A stretch of DNA of 64,000 nt from Azolla caroliniana (taxonomy: Eukaryota > Plantae > Polypodiophyta), in the NCBI GenBank assembly GCA_043228905.1, contig JBHGNT010000007.1:19530001-19594000 (forward strand). Direction: 5' to 3'. Position numbers and translations under genes: made by a program. Below, in pieces: positions 48,966-60,813 of the stretch; the stretch's first letter is position 1; each line of letters starts with the position of its first letter. Under the pieces are notes generated by a model. The model ran no database searches. It was not told the DNA's origin and saw only the letters and a program-made list of their open reading frames with translations.

Positions 48966-49529
48966 GAAAATTGTTCTTATTTAAAGTTTTATGTATCATT
49001 ATAATGGCCAATTGATATAACTTGTTAAGTTCATAATGCATTGAGAAAAAACATTAATAATTTGTTTCATACCAAAACCAAAACCGAACCGCAAAACCGC
49101 TGTTTAACCGGTTTAATGGTTTAACGGTTTTAGTACTTCTAGAACCGTTTGGTTCAAGTTTGAATTTTGTGTAAACGGTTCGGTTTCAATGGTTTCAGTT
49201 TAGACAGTTTTGTGGTTTGGTTCAGTTCAGTTTAGGTTACAACATTTTCTTAAGAGTTCGGTTTGAACCGGTTTGGGTTTGAGACTTTCGAACTGAACCG
49301 AACCGTTGCCGATTGTTAATTCACACCTCTTTGTATCCACCACACTCACACTTACATTCACACTCATAATCGTATAAGATTACACATACATATCAACACA
49401 TTACATCTTTCACCCTCACTTATCAATCACCCGTACATCTTGTACGGTAACACAATACGGCACGCCCGTGGGAGAGTGCCTTGCATGTCGATCCCACATG
49501 CCTTGATCATAATCTTTCTTCGACCAGAA

Positions 49530-49770
49530 TTTTCATCGGTCCTCTCAACAATCGACTCCCTCGATCGGAGCGCTTGACTCGAACATTTTTGTCGGTCAGC
49601 AAATCTTCATCAACACGAACATTCTCGTTCTGTCGTTCACGAACTTCGGTAACATCAACGATCGACTCCCTCGATCGGAGCGCTTGACTCGAACATCTCC
49701 GTCGGTCAACGAATCTTCATCGACACGAACATTTCCGTTCTGTCGGTTCACGAACTTTGGTAACATCATT
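49530..49770 (+). repeat. ~110-bp tandem duplication in the LTR-element internal region
   Basis: ATCGACTCCCTCGATCGGAGCGCTTGACTCGAACAT at ~49551 and ~49661. Confidence 0.85.
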
Positions 49771-52682
49771 TGGGTCGTCAAAAAAAGGTTGTATGTATGT
49801 GTGTTCTTCCTTGTATCTTGTGAGTCGCATGTGGATTGCGTTCATTTCTTTTAGGTTCATGAGTTTTTGAAATTCCGTAGGTGCCCTTTGATTTTTAAAA
49901 TTTTAATTATGTACCCTTTCTCTTCTTCCATGAATTCTTCATTCTCTTCCTTCTTTGTTCATCAACGGCTACATCTCCTTCTGCTTCTTCTTCTTCTTTT
50001 TATCTGTTCTTCTTCCGTTGTGACTGTTGCTTCTCCTTCCTCTCTCTATTTCTCCATCTTCTTCTATGTCTTTCTCTTTCTTGCTTCTCTGTTTTTGTTC
50101 CTATTCATCGCCGCCTTCCTTTGTGCACTATTCATCTCTGCTTCAGCAGCGCGCACGCGATCGGGCGTCTGTGTCTGTGTGTGTCTTTCTGTTTGTCTCC
50201 ATGCTCTTGTCCTGTGCCTTCTCTTCTATACTCTGCACTTTTCTTCTCTGTGAGTTCTAGTTCTGACTTATGTGTCATTTCCTCGTCCTTCTCTACTTCT
50301 CTTTCTTATGTGTTCTAGCTTTGTCGATGTTGTGGATCCCATGTCTTCGTTAGCCTGACATTCCTACTTCTCCCCAATGGTATCGCTTAGCAACATCTGT
50401 CAATTCTACATCTCTATCGCTGGCACCATCGCCGTCTTTGTCTGGCCCATCTGTCATTTTATGGCCGACAGTTTCTTGTTTTTCTCTATTTTCGGCGATC
50501 TAGCCGTCCGCGAGTCCGATCGTTCGTTCTTTCTCTCCATTTAAGGTGTCCTTGTCGCCGTCTCTGTTTCTTTGTCTCTATCGTCTACCGGCCACTCGTG
50601 ACTGTTGGTTGTCACCGTTCCTCTGTGTGTCGCCGACACTGTCTGGTACGTCGTTTCGGCGTCAGTTGTTCGGCCATTCCGGCTACATTTTGGCGCCCCG
50701 ACCGCATCCAGCTGCTTTCCGGTCGCCGCCCTTGTTCTGTCGTCATCATCGTTGTTCCGACCACTCTTTGACTGCTTGTCAGATCCGGCCATTGTGTTCA
50801 TTTGTAGGTGTCTTCGTCATCGTCACTCGTCCTGTTCGTATTTGTCCGACCCTTCCGACATCTCTAACACCGGCCGTCATTCATGGTTGTTCTTAACCAT
50901 TGTCCGGTTGCTGCTATTATTTGTGGTCCCACCATTGGTCTGGCCTTTGTTGCCTGCCGGTCTCGCCGCTACCGCTCTGATGTCGTCGGTTTTCGGCCGT
51001 ATCTTTCCGTCCGGCCGCTGCCCTGTTCTGGCCGTTTGTCTGATTGCTCCGATTGTTATTCAGCCACTATCTGGCCACTCCAACCGCTCCAGCCTTTGTC
51101 CAGCTATTCCAATAGATGCTCTTCAGCCATTGTCTGGCCATTCCGACCGCTCTTCAGCCGTTATCCAGCCATTCCAACCACTCTTCAGCCGTTATCTAGC
51201 CATTCCGACCGCTCTTCGGCCGCTCCAGCCTTTGTTCAGCTATTCCAGCCGGTTCGGTTGCTTTTCGGCCGTTGTCGGTGCTCTTCATCCGTCTTTGTCT
51301 CTTCGCAGATCTGTCAATGTCAACCTTGTCCAACCATTTTTTGGTCTGCCATCTCTGTCCGGCTGTCTCTATTCTTTACTACCGGATGACGTTCTATTGT
51401 CGATGTGGTCGTTGCTGTCCAGCCATTCTGGCTCTCTGGCTCCTGTCCGGCCGCTCCGACTCCGTTCGGTCCGTCTGTTCGATCCGGCCATTATTGTCTT
51501 TCTGGCCCTCTAGCCAATGTTCGGCTATCTGGCCCATCGTTTCAGCGTCATCACCGTTCCTACTATTCAACCCATTCCAATCATCGTTTGGCGGTTCTCT
51601 GTCCAGCCAGTCTAGCCACTCCGGCCACTGTTCGGTTATTCCGGCCGCTCCTTGGCCACTATTTGGCTGCTTGTCCGTCATTCCAGCTCCATCTCCGATC
51701 GTTGTTGTCGTCCTTGTCTTTTTGGTTGTCTCTCGCACCACGCTTTCCGTGTTGCATTCATCGACCTCAATGGCTTGCAATCAACATCACCATTTTTTGC
51801 ACATCATCCATTTGATTTCTCGCACATCATTGCCACCATTCTCGCACAATTCGTATTAGTCTTTGCCGTGTATTAGTCTTCGACTTCGTCTCCAAAGGGG
51901 GGTCGCCTTAGTGGTCGCCAAAAGGTGTTGTATGTTTTAGGGTTAGGGTAAATGATAATGATAATGATGATGATTGATTATTGATGATGAAGATAGACAT
52001 GGTGTAATAGTGAAAATGATGGAGAGTATAATGGTGAGAGAGATCATGAAGAACAAGACAAGCATTGAGGGGTGGGGGGTGGAGCCATTTAGGGGGTTCA
52101 ACGTTAAGAGGGAAGAGAGAGAGGGAGAGAGACATGACAAGAGAGAGATTGAGAGAGAGATGGTTATTGTATTCATTCATTCCCCATAAGGGGTTAAATA
52201 CGTACAAAAGGGTAGATACACAAGGGTGCAAGCCCCTTGGGCATTCACACCTCTTTGTATCCACCACACTCACACTCATAATTGTCAAGATTCAAACTCT
52301 TGACACGACCATGTTATAATATAGTATCATGGGTTAACCAATATATCTAGTACACAGTTATGTATGTAATTGGTCCTTATTGTTTTTCTAGCATCATGTG
52401 CATAGTTGCTCCCTTGTAGTATTTACACTTGGCACATGCATGCATACCTACATGCTCTATTGTAGATTCACATGCGTGCAACAAGTATGCATGCCATATA
52501 GTATAAATAGAGGAGTTCACCTTGAAGGAATTCAAGGTGAACAACACCAGTTATGGAGTCTTTTCGTTAATACTACTCATCCATTTGTCTATCTTCTTTC
52601 TTGTCTCTTGAGCTTATGATCTATCTGTGACAGTTTGTTCACCTTCCCATCCTCATAGCTCTCCCTCTCATAAGCCATAGCT

Positions 52683-53714
52683 ATGTCCGACTCAACTAGT
52701 GAGTTAGGCCAAATAATGGTAGCCTTACGACAACTCCAGCTTGAAAATGAAGCTCTTCGAAATTCTTTACAAGAACTTCAAGTCGGTGCCTCCCTATCCT
52801 CACAACCCCCGAAGCCTAGTCTCCCACAGCAACCTAGCCTAGAGCCCGATCTTCTACCAACATCTAGCCTAGCTTCGTCGCATTTTCTTCGGCCTAAGGT
52901 TAGCCTCCCAAAATAATTTGATGGAACGAGGTCGCGTTTCCGAGGGTTCATCAACCAAGTTCAACTTATCATTCGGCGACAACCTCAACGCAATGGAGAT
53001 GGTCTTCAACAAGTCGGCCTTGTGGGCACCCTTCTCTCCGGTCCAGCCCAAGCTTGGTTTGCACCATTGGTAGAAACCTCTTCACCTCTATTGGAGGACT
53101 TTCCTGCCTTCCTCGCCGAGTTAGAGGCCACATTTGGAGAGATGGACCGACGACGTACAGCTCTTAACAAGATTTATGCACTTGAACAAGGTTCTCGTGC
53201 AGCTTCGGTCTATGCTTCAGAATTTCGACAACTAGCATGCGACGTCAATTGGGATGATCAACCTTTAGTTGATCACTTTCGGCGCGGCCTTCGAAGCAAT
53301 GTCAAGAATCTTCTCTTAAACTTTCCGGAGCCCAGCTCGTTGTCCCAAGCGATTTCACAAGCAGTCCATTGTGACAATCGTCTATTCAAATTTCGCCAAG
53401 AAGAGCGTCGTACTTGGGTTCCACCTCATTCACTTCCACGACACGCCCCGGTCATACAACCCCAACCATACCCTCCACTGATTGCATCACACTCCCCTAC
53501 TTTGGCAAATGCTCCTGTCCCCATGGAAATTGATCAAGCCCAATTTCGGCCATTCACTGATGCCGAACGACAATTTCGGCGGGCTAATGGCATGTGCATG
53601 TATTGTGGCGCCTCTGGTCATGTCGTTCGCCATTGTCCTAGGAGTAATCGCCCACAATTCCATCGAGCTAACGGACCCCACCATACGGAAAACGACATCG
53701 TTCGGTTGCAGTAG
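52683..53714 (+). pseudogene. Tcn1-like gag (one internal stop)
   Basis: YASEFRQLACDVNWDD...FRRGL, PVPMEID, CCHC knuckle CMYCGASGHVVRHC. Confidence 0.9.
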
Positions 53715-56700
53715 GAGCCATGCAATTGGATATCTCCCCTTGCCCACATTCTCTTGGTTCCATTGCCGGACCATCAGGCAATTTCACATTGGAGGTATGG
53801 CTTTCATTTAACTCTAGTTCCATTTAGTCTATTGCTTTACTTGATTCTGGGGCATCTTCTTGCTTCATCGACATCGTGTTTGCCCAAGCACATGGCGTAC
53901 CTATCGTTGGCCTCTCTAAACCCATTCCCGTTGAAGCCATCGACGGGTGCGTCCTCTCGTCAAGTGCAATTACTCAAGCTACAATCCCATTAGGGCTTTG
54001 TCTGGGCTCACACCAGGAGGAGCTCGCCTTTTACCTCATCGCATCTCCTCGACATCCGATCATCTTAGGACTAACGTGGTTGGAGGCGCACAATCCAATA
54101 GTGGATTGGTGCAACCGCTCGATCACATTTAGCAAGCCAGGATGCTCGTGCAAAAGTATGAAGGTAAATTCAGTTTCCCATCCTTCGGAGAAGGTCGATT
54201 CCGATTTGACTACCCCATCATTGGTCCAGGATGGGTTTGTTTATGGCGCCGTTTCTAACACACTCCATGTTATTCCCGACAAATACCAACACTTCTCCGG
54301 CGTATTTGAAAAATGTAATGTTGATCGTTTGCCTGAACACCGGCTCTACGACTGTCCGATTGATCTTCAAGAAGGTGCGTGTCCACCCTTTGGTCCTCTA
54401 TATGCGTTGTCTGTACCAGAGTTGAAGGCCCTTCGTGTGTATCTCGATGAGAACCTCGAGAAAGGACTTATTCAACCTTCTAAGTCACCAACCGGGGCCC
54501 CCATTTTATTTGTGAAGAAGGACGGCTCTCTACGCTTATTCGTCGACTACCGAGGTCTCAACAAACTCACTGTATGCAACCGCTATCCGCTACCTCTGAT
54601 CCCCGAACTCCTTGATCGGCTCCGAGTTGTGCGTGTCTTCTCCAAAGTTGATCTGCGTGGAGCGTACAATCTAGTACGCATCAAGCCGGGGGATGAATGG
54701 AAAACCGCATTTCGAACATGGTATGGGCATTTCGAATACAAGGTAATGCCTTTTGGTCTTACTAACGCTCCAACAGTTTTTCAACATATGATGAATGATA
54801 TATTCCGGGAATATCTTGATCATTTTGTTGTCATTTACCTCGATGATATTCTCATTTTCTCGCCAAACATGGAGGAGCACACTCGCCAAGTCCGATTAGT
54901 TCTTGCCAAACTTCGCGAGCATGGCCTTTATGCCAAAGGCGAGAAATGCAGGTTCGACCGTACCTCGATTGAATTTTTGGGCTACATCATCTTGCCCGCT
55001 GGCATCACCATGGATATGAATCTGAAGGTCTCTGTCATTCAGGCATGGGCGACTCCAAGGCGACTTAAAGATGTGCAATCCTTCCTCGACTTCGCGAATT
55101 TTTACCGTCGCTTCATCAAGGCACTCCATTTTTATGGACCTCGGAGGCGAATTTTTCCACCCTAGCACAACCTCTTATCGCTCTCACCCGTAAAGGCACT
55201 CCATTTTTATGGACCTCGGAGGCGCAAAATGCGTTCGACTCACTCAAACACACATTCATCACTGCCCAAGTGCTGCTACATGCCAACCCCACAAAACCCT
55301 TCCAAGTCGAAACCGATGCCTCTGACTTCGCCATTGGTGTCATCCTATCCCAGGCAGACGACACCAACCTAATGCACCCAATGGCTTACTACTCCCGAAA
55401 ATTCACGGCATCCGAAATCAATTATCCCATATACAACAAGGAGCTTGCTGCTATCATTGTTGCCTTTGAAGAATGGCGACCCTACTTGGCCGACGCACAA
55501 CATCGTGTCCAGGTAGTGACTGATCATAAAAATTTAGTTTATTTTTCCACCACTCGTACTTTGAATCAAAGGCGGGCCCGTTGGTCGACATTTCTCGCCG
55601 ACTACGATTTTGAGATCATATTTCGACCTGGTGACCAACATGGGAAGGCTGATGCCTTTTCTTGCCAAACTGACCTTGCACTCCGCCCTGGGGATGCTGC
55701 TTATGCTCAACAATCTAGATGATTGTTGAAACCCGACCAATTGCATCTTTTTGCCACTTGTATGTTGCAAGATGATTCATTACTCCAACAGATCACTGAT
55801 GCGTCCAAGACCGATGCGTTTGCCAACGAGATTCGATATAGTCTGCAAAACCCCTCTAAGGCGACCAAAAGAAAGGATCTTGACACCTTCACCATACAAG
55901 AGGGTTTGTTGTTCCAAGATCATCTCTTATACGTCCCACAGGGCCCATGTTGCACCTGGGTGTTGCGGGAATGCCACAATGACCCACTTGCAGGTCATTT
56001 CGGGGTCGCGAAAATCCTCAAGCTACTCTCTCAAGGTATTGATGGCCACAACCATGGAAGTTGGTCAAAGAATACATAAAGAGTTGTGAGGTTTGTGCTC
56101 GCTCCAAAGCCATTCATCATCGGCCATATGGCTTACTACAACCGCTTCCATGTCCTCGTCGTCCCAGGGCCTCTATCTCTATGGACCTGATAACTGATCT
56201 ACCCTTGGTCAATAGCTATGACTCGGTGTTGGTCATTGTCGATCGGTTTACGAAGATGGCTCACTTCACTCCATGCTCCAAAACCATTTCCGGAGAAGGA
56301 ATGGTGCATCTACTACTCAACAATGTGGTACGCTTACATGGACTCCCCGATGATGTCATCTCCGATCGCGGACCCCAGTTTGTCTCTCACTTCTGGCAGC
56401 ACCTGCTACAAACTGTAGGCATCTCTGTCAAGTTGTCATCCGCTTATCACCCCCAAACTGATGGGGAAACAGAGCGTGTCAACCAAATCCTTGAGCAGTA
56501 TCTTCGGTGCTCTGTTAGTTACCAACAAGATGACTGGGTCAACTTACTTTCGCTCGCGGAATTCGCCTACAATAATTCTCTCCATGCATCAACTGGCATC
56601 ACTCCCTTCTTTGCCAACTATGGTTTACATCCTCGCTTCAACATTTCCCTTCCTACCACTTCCGTGAACCCTTCGGCGGAGGATCGTGCTCGCATTTTGG

Positions 56701-57250
56701 AAGAACTACATCATGATTTATCCTTGGAGCTTAGTCTTGCCAGTGAACGATACAAGCAGCAGACGATCAGCCACTCCACACTTTGTCATTGGAGACATGG
56801 TCTGGTTGTTACGTCGACACATCTCTACTACTCGTCCATGTGCGAAACTTGATTACAAGAAGTTGGGACCATTCTGTATCATCGACTGCATCAATCCCGT
56901 CGCCTTCCGGCTCGCCCTTCCATCCCACTTCTGGCTTCATGATGTTTTTCATGTCTCCCTCCTCGAACCCCATTATGCTTCACACCTCCCAAGACATCAG
57001 GCCCCTCCACCACCACCTGTGCAATTGACGACAGGGGAGGAATACGAGGTCGACCAAATCCTTGACTCGTGTTGGCACCGTCGACACTTGCAATACCTTG
57101 TCCTATGGAGGGGTTACCCCATGTCTGAGGCCATGTGGGAACCATCGGAAAATTTACAAAATGCCCCAAAGGTCGTCCAAGATTTTCATCACCGATATCC
57201 CCACAAACCAGCGGCCGATTTGGGAAGGCGGCGTCGGAGGGGGGATAATA
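53687..57250 (+). pseudogene. Tcn1-like pol with C-terminal chromodomain, frameshifted
   Basis: PR LLDSGASSCFID, RT VIYLDDILIF, RH ETDASDFAIG, INT SMDLITDLP/SDRGPQF/TDGETER, chromodomain EEYEVDQILD...QYLVLWRGY...WEPSENL. Confidence 0.92.
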
Positions 57251-57684
57251 TCAAGATTCAAACTCTTGACACGACCATGTTATAATATAGTATCATGGGT
57301 TAACCAATATATCTAGTACACAATTATGTATGTAATTGGTCCTTATTGTTTTGCTAACATCATGTGCATAGTTGCTCCCTTGTAGTATTTACACTTGGCA
57401 CATGCATGCATACCTACATGCTCTATTGTAGATTCACATGCGTGCAACAAGTATGCATGCCATGTAGAATAAATAGAGGAGTTCACCTTGAAGGAATTCA
57501 AGGTGAACAACACCAGTAATGGAGTCTTTGCGTTAATACTACTCATCCATTTATCTATCTTCTTTCTTGTCTCTTGAGCTTATGATCTATCCGTGACAAT
57601 AATCGTATAAGATTACACATACATATCAACACATTACATCTTTCACCCTCACTTATCAATCACCCGTACATCTCATACGGTAAC

Positions 57685-57716
<32 letters not shown>

Positions 57717-59267
57717 GGAACCAACAATCAAGGATGACTATACAAAACTAAATTTATAATATACTTATGAAGTTTGGTGATTTGAGGCCATAAGCGAACT
57801 CTTCGACAAACATACAAATTGTTTGCATTACATAATATCGCAATTTGTCCCATTGGGTTGAGTTGGGATATGGATTTCAGTACATCGGCTCTCGAGTATA
57901 ATGTGATGGTGCTTGTGGCTTTGGTTATAGCCATTTCTGCCAAACTCTTCAATTCCCTAGTAGTAGGATTATTCAATAAAGGACCTTCACAAGAAAGATG
58001 GATTAAACATGGAAGATCATCAAGTTATGGAGATTTGAAGATAGAGAAGAAGAAGGAGACGGGGAAGAAGAAGAACACAACATATCCTTTGATTTTTCAT
58101 GCATCCAGAATGTATGAGATTGTTTCTTTTTTTCTTTTTTTCTCCGTTTTACCTAATTTATATATTTTTTAAATCAAGAATATATATTAAGATTATCTAT
58201 CTTTGAGAGAATGCAAAGGTCCAAATCTATTTGATTTGAAAAACCAAAAAAAATTCTTTTGTCTCATATTCAATTTCTTCATACTAAAGTATTTCAGCTT
58301 CAACTTTACAATGTTTGTTCTATATCCATCTTCTATTGCAGAATATTCTTATGTTTCCTTTATCAATGAGTTCTCATTAGAAAACTTTTCACATTGATAG
58401 TCTGGTGCACAAAACCACTATACTTGGAAAAGAAGCTCATATATTTCCTTCATCAATGAGATCTCATTAGAAAACGTTTCACATCGAAGCTTAAAAGGAG
58501 CATTTGAATTAACGATGACCATATTGATGATATCGATGGAAGAACCTTCAAACATAGTATGAGCCATACATACCATACGCGCATTCACGTTCGTGAATGT
58601 TTCAATCATTCGAGTATGGTAAACACCCTTGAAGAATGATAAATACCATACTTTTGGAATAGCTATTTATTATGAGGTAAATAAACCTAAAAAAGGAAAA
58701 AAACAAAAAATAAAAACCTTTCAAAAAGGGGAAAAAAACAAAAAAAAAAACACAAGAATGTTTGAATAATATTCACATTCGTTTTCCAACGTAGGAAAAC
58801 GAATGTTATGTTAGACGAACACGAATTTTACGTACTATGCCTTCAAACATACAAAGCTCATTCTGAAAGCAACTAAAGCCTCGCGACATGAAATGCCTTA
58901 TATTTAAAACAATCGATGCAAGAAGCCACAAACAACAAAGCTCATAATGAAGCAAAAGATATAGAATCATCCAACATAGAAAGCTAATATTAGAGAATAG
59001 GTTATGAGAAGCTATACACAACATATTGATAAAGATGAAGTTGTAAATGACAAGATGAGACTCAACATATCTTTTTTAAATCCCAAAAGAAAAATATATA
59101 TAGATGGCGTGGTGGAAGAAGGTAATTACCGGCTGTAGGTAGAGGTTTTGGTTCAAATGTTGGTGCAGGTGCAGGTGCAGGCGCAGGGGGAGGTGTAGAA
59201 GTTTTCAAATTTTCAAAAATAGGGATAAAAGGATTTATGCAAGGTTTTAATAATATTGAAGTTGTGC

Positions 59268-59548
59268 TAGGGTTAGGTCAGAAGGTCCAAGTTAGGTGCT
59301 AAACCCGGGTCAGGTTCGAAGGACCGGGTTAGGTTTACAAGATTACAAGGCCCGTGTTGGGTACCTAGAGTCTAGGTTAGGCTTAGACAATTACATTGCC
59401 CGAGTTAGGTAATGAGAGTCCGGGTTAGGTACGTAGAGTCCTGGTTAGGTTGCCATGGTTAGGTGATGAGAGGTCTGGTTAGGTAATCAAATGGCATAAT
59501 CACTGCCCGGGTTAGATGTGACTGAGGCTCGCCAGACCTGGGTTAGGT
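59268..59548 (+). repeat. Dispersed GGGTTAGG motif cluster
   Basis: About ten (G)GGTTAGG motifs at irregular 15-40 bp spacing. Confidence 0.6.
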
Positions 59549-60813
59549 TTTAAGTGCATGCTTTTTATAGATAGAGATCGAGCGGTGCAGATCGCGCACG
59601 CTATTTGAAACGTGTACTGCACCGTCTGTGTCCGCGATTGCCTCGCCAAGCCTAATTATTATTATGTGTGTGTGTTTCCCTTTCACATTCATTCAATCAA
59701 ACTCCAATTTTGAATACAAAAAGAAGACAGAGAGCTACAAAATACAGGGATACAAAAACAGAGCTCTCTCTCCTCTTTGCAGACTCAAACAGGGGATTGA
59801 CTGAGTTGTTGGTTCAAGCATTGTTATGGCACGTCTTTTCTTCTGCTTCTACGTATGTATGTACATGTATTTTGGGCATGTGTGTATGTATGCATATATG
59901 TACATGCCTTTTGTACATGTATATATACTCTTGGCTATGTACCTGTTTGTATGTTTTTGTGAACTACGTATATATGTATGCAGAGGGAAAGCTTCAATGT
60001 AGCCCAAAGGTTAGAATAGTGCACAGATAATTAGTAGAAAAAATTGGAATGACCTGATCATATAATTTGTTGACATGGCCATCTTAAGGAAATAAGGCAA
60101 ACTGAAAGGTTTTTGGGAAACCAAAGAAAAGACCAGTGGAATTTCTGTAATTTGGGCAATTTCCCTAAGATGTGTATGTGTGCGTGTCTGTATACATACA
60201 TATATCTATCTATATGTATGTATGTATACTTCTATACATGCATATATGTAATTACACACACACATATACATATACAAACGTACATACATACATACATATA
60301 TGTATGTATGTTGGTATGTATATACATACATACATACATACATACATATACACACACAAACATACTTGTATATGCATATACATATACGTATGTATGTATT
60401 TATGCATGTAACGTATGATCACATCAACATGGTTTAATTCCGAAAGTGAAAAGCAAATTTAGGTCCACTAAAGAAGGGCCCTAGAGTCTTAATACATTAT
60501 CCAGAACAACATTTCAAAGCATTGAAAAAAAGTCAATCATTTCATAAGACAGTGGACCATTCCTTAAGAGTGAAGAAGACCTTCAAACGCATCTCATTCA
60601 TCATCATCATCATTCTTATCATACATAAGTAACTAGAATTTGTTCAATATCTTCCACCTCAATTGACTAGCATTTCTTCCACCTCTCTCACATCCATATA
60701 TCACCACCACCATTATTACTCATCTTATCTAGTTTCAGCACTAGAAGAAGATGTAAAGATGTTCAAACTACTTCTTTGCATCCATTACTTTAAGCACAGC
60801 TAAACCCATCACC

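Larger units (their letters stand above)
32956..49318 (+). mobile_element. hAT DNA transposon B inserted in LTR1
   Basis: TIR TAACAATCGGCAACGGTTCGGTTC (perfect over 24 bp), perfect 8-bp TSD ATTCACAC, CGGTT subterminal repeats, transposase 45425-47669. Confidence 0.95.
52283..57598 (+). mobile_element. Full-length Tcn1/Tf1-type Gypsy chromovirus inserted in LTR2
   Basis: 350-bp LTRs 52283-52632 and 57249-57598, perfect TSD ATAAT, PPT GGAGGGGGGA, gag-PR-RT-RH-INT-chromodomain, no tRNA PBS. Confidence 0.95.
32635..57685 (+). mobile_element. Non-autonomous LTR retroelement (LARD/TRIM-like) with both LTRs interrupted
   Basis: LTR1 = 32635-32955 plus 49327-49452. LTR2 = 51926-52282 plus 57604-57685. 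TGTTG...TAACA ends, 5-bp TSD ATGTG in a (TG)n tract, ~2.5-kb internal region (49453-51925) without recognisable coding domains. Confidence 0.9.

Noticed and set aside
50541-51876. Overlapping long ORFs (up to 302 aa) in the LTR-element interior
   Set aside because: Low-complexity repeats are open in several frames at once, with no gag/pol or other recognisable motif.
57700-59050. Short ORFs and a ~45-bp duplication at 58353/58443
   Set aside because: No identifiable product; too degenerate to call.
60113-60418. ORFs over TA/TACA microsatellite (also 63032-63342 and 17618-17984)
   Set aside because: Translations of simple repeats.
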